DNA of 64,000 nt from Catajapyx aquilonaris (taxonomy: Eukaryota). Made by a program: the position numbers and the translations under genes. The notes below the pieces were generated by a model. The model was not told the DNA's origin. It made no database searches and saw only the letters and a program-made list of their open reading frames with translations. The stretch spans positions 1-64,000 of the forward strand of contig JYFJ02001272.1 of assembly GCA_000934665.2 (NCBI GenBank), written 5' to 3'. Shown in pieces: positions 61,001 through 64,000 of the stretch; the first letter of the stretch is position 1; each line of letters opens with the position of its first letter.

Positions 61001-64000
61001 TTATCTACCTATCTATACTATGCTTATACTTTTCGCACAATGTTAAATTTACAGTAGCCTAGGCCCCAGGGCGACTAGCTCACCCCATAACTCAATAAGA
61101 TATTCTGTACTGATGCTCAGAAATAAAGCTATATACTGTAATATGAACTTAATATTGGAGTTGCCAAGATATGAAAAAAAATTACTTATTCCCACTGTAT
61201 GCAGAACTTTCAGGTAGGAATATCTAGTAGCCAAAAGCTGTTGCCAGGAGTGTAGAGCAACTTTACTGCCTGGGAACATTTCAATAATGCAGTAAGCTAA
61301 AGAACGCCGCCTTTATAATATTATGTAAACCACAAACTCGGTGTGTGTTCCAGCATAAAAAATGGAATTCTGGAAAAAGTTTGTATACAAAAATACCGCT
61401 CCGACCCTTGGCAGCGGCAACTCGTTTTTCATGAGCCTCTTCTTCTTCCTTCCCCTGGTGCTGTTTTCCTTCCGAAACTCATTTATGACAAGCGGAAGGC
61501 GACCTTTTTTGGGAATCCGCAGGGGACCCACCAATAACAGCCGTGTTAACTAGTTACTTCAAAGTTATTCTTGGAAGTGTGACTGAGTACATCCTCTTAA
61601 CGGAGGTGATTTCCGACATGCTGCTGGAGAAGTAAATGGGTAGCAGGCGCTGAGAGGCTGCTGGAAAGTGTGGTCTGAATCCTGTACGAGCTTTTAAGGA
61701 CTGTGTGTCAGAAACAGCACGAGGCGCAAATTTTAAAGTATGTCCGTCCGGTAATTTCATAATGACCGGTTGTTATACGCATGCCATCGACGGTAAGTTC
61801 AATGCCATAATGAGGAAACTTATCTTGCAAAACCGTATGTACTTGCAGGATGTTCTTTCCCCTCTTTTTTTAAGCAGTCTTTCTCTCCGAAGGACGAACA
61901 TTTGTGAAATATCAGGCGAAAGAATAATTATTAATACCACCAGTTTTTATGATCGCATTGGGCAACTCGGTTTCAATTTGGACTCAATCCTGATAAATTA
62001 TTCGACTTTCACTGCGCAATGAGCCTGCGGAAATACAACATTTGCAATCAAACTTACACCTTGAGGCGGATAATTCAGATTTAAAGCAATAAAGGTGGCA
62101 AAAATTGAAACGGTTTTGATAAAATCGACATTCAGAAAGGGCAATTTGTCTTATATGGAGAAATACGTCCCCTACACATGATAAATTTTTTCAGGCGCAA
62201 TCGACTAAACTTATCAAAACATATAGACCTACTGTAGAATAACAACATACTTATACAGTACAATATAATAAAATAATAAAATAGCGACTTTTACAACATC
62301 AACAGTTATTAACGAACTATAGCTTGTAATGCCAATACAATACTATTATAAGGTATAGTGTTTCAAATGAGGTTAATTTCCTGCCGATTAGATGATATAT
62401 ATTCGAGCACGTAATTCCTCACCACTTCCCGTACGAGAATTAATGGCTTAGCGTGTCGGTACAGTACTTCGCATCTCCTGAAAGATATGAAGAAAAATGA
62501 AAAACCACATCGGATTTCGCATCCAGCCCCCTTCAATTACCGCCCAGATAGTGCATAACAGCCCTCCGCTGTAACTGCACCTGCTGTCAGGTAAAAAGCT
62601 CCCCCATAGATATGCAAATATCCTGGCAGGGAACAAAACGCTGAAAAGGGGCATACAGTCAGGAAGAAAGGGTTCCCGTTCAAGTCACTTCCTGGCCAGA
62701 GCCCACTTAGGCAATGGACCAGATATGGACCTCCAGTTGGATAAAATACACTGTCCTTCCTTGTCTGAATAAAAATGTCGCAATGGTCAACGGTCCCTTA
62801 ACACACGAGCACCTTTCCACACGCCTGCGACCTTTGACCGGCGACGGGACGCATTCGGGTTACTGCAGCATGCGTGAGACTGACCTCCATATTTCTGTAG
62901 GTAATAATGGTGGGAATTGGCCCGACCTGATGACTCTCGGAACCCCCTCTTTCCTCCCCATAATATACCTATATGTGTATGTGGGACACCAAACTCTTTC
63001 ACCCAATGGAGACCTGGCACTTTAAAAAAAATGGAGGCGATCAAAGGGTGCATGCACAGTGTGTTGAATAATGGGATAGTTATACAAGAGTATCAAATTA
63101 GGGAAAGTAGCTGTATGAGATGTCAAAGGTTAACGGAAGCAAGGATATATGCGATTACATAATGCTTGGATAAAGACGTGCATTGCAGTAATTTATTACC
63201 AAGAATCAATGCCAAATACGGATAGCAATTCATCACAACAGAATTATAATGAATGGACGTCATTAATGTATTAATTGGCTAGATTTTAACAACTCTGTTC
63301 CAGCCGGCCATTTATTCAACTGCTGCCCCATCATATAGGTCAAAGAAGGTTGTAGTCAACATTGGTGACCAGCATTGAGGCAAGTGACACTAATGAGTAC
63401 GATTTCTAACATAATCCTCCCCCTCCCCCACCTCCCCGTCAGCAATGAGAAGTCCAAGCAACTTGTAACTGAATTGACAAAAAATGAATAACTTATACGT
63501 ACTACAGTATTACAAGTGAATAATTTTGCGACAAAATAGCTATTAATAAACTGTATGTACATTTGCAAAAAAAACTCGTTTTGCAGCAAAATTTTTGAAT
63601 TATTATTTACTCATATAAAATGCCATGCACATCAGTGCAGGTTACTAATTAATTATTTTTTACTGTATTATGTAGCAATGAGCTATACACTCAATAAAGC
63701 TATTAGAAAGAGTATCAAACCTCATAGAATTTGCACTATTTTCTTGTAAACAACGAACGTCGCCGTTCGCCTAATACCGTACTATATTATGTAATAATTA
63801 CGCTTGATATCAAAACCTGGTGAAATTCTTACACAACCCTAATGTTATTGTTCTATAAAAACAATAGTGTCCTACCAAGTTTGCCTATCTAATAACATGA
63901 TTGTTTTTGGATGGCAAAGACCATTTGCTTATCTTATGCTAACTCATTACTAACAGTTCAACAGGCAGGCGAATAAGAAGTAACATTTAATTGCACCACA

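Overview
Eukaryotic (invertebrate, probably arthropod-like) genomic DNA with two intron-containing genes converging tail-to-tail. (1) Plus strand, ~5.9-36.5 kb: a voltage-gated calcium channel beta subunit (CACNB/Ca-beta; SH3-HOOK-GK). I reconstructed it by hand from GT-AG exons with consistent phases, giving a ~622 aa long form. It has several candidate alternative phase-0 first exons, a perfect 109-bp duplication of the exon-1 splice donor, a His/Gln heptad-repeat C-terminal tail and an in-frame 66-nt exitron. (2) Minus strand, ~56.8-44.5 kb: a tandem Ras-association (RA) domain protein resembling Drosophila Rau, with two alternative first coding exons (~285 and ~227 aa). The non-coding DNA holds several MITE-like inverted-repeat families, tRNA-derived SINE copies, microsatellites and many TGACGTCA (CRE) palindromes. 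Most ORFs in the supplied track are spurious. I saw no prokaryotic-type system, CRISPR array or intact transposase/RT. Family assignments come from recalled motifs, not database searches.
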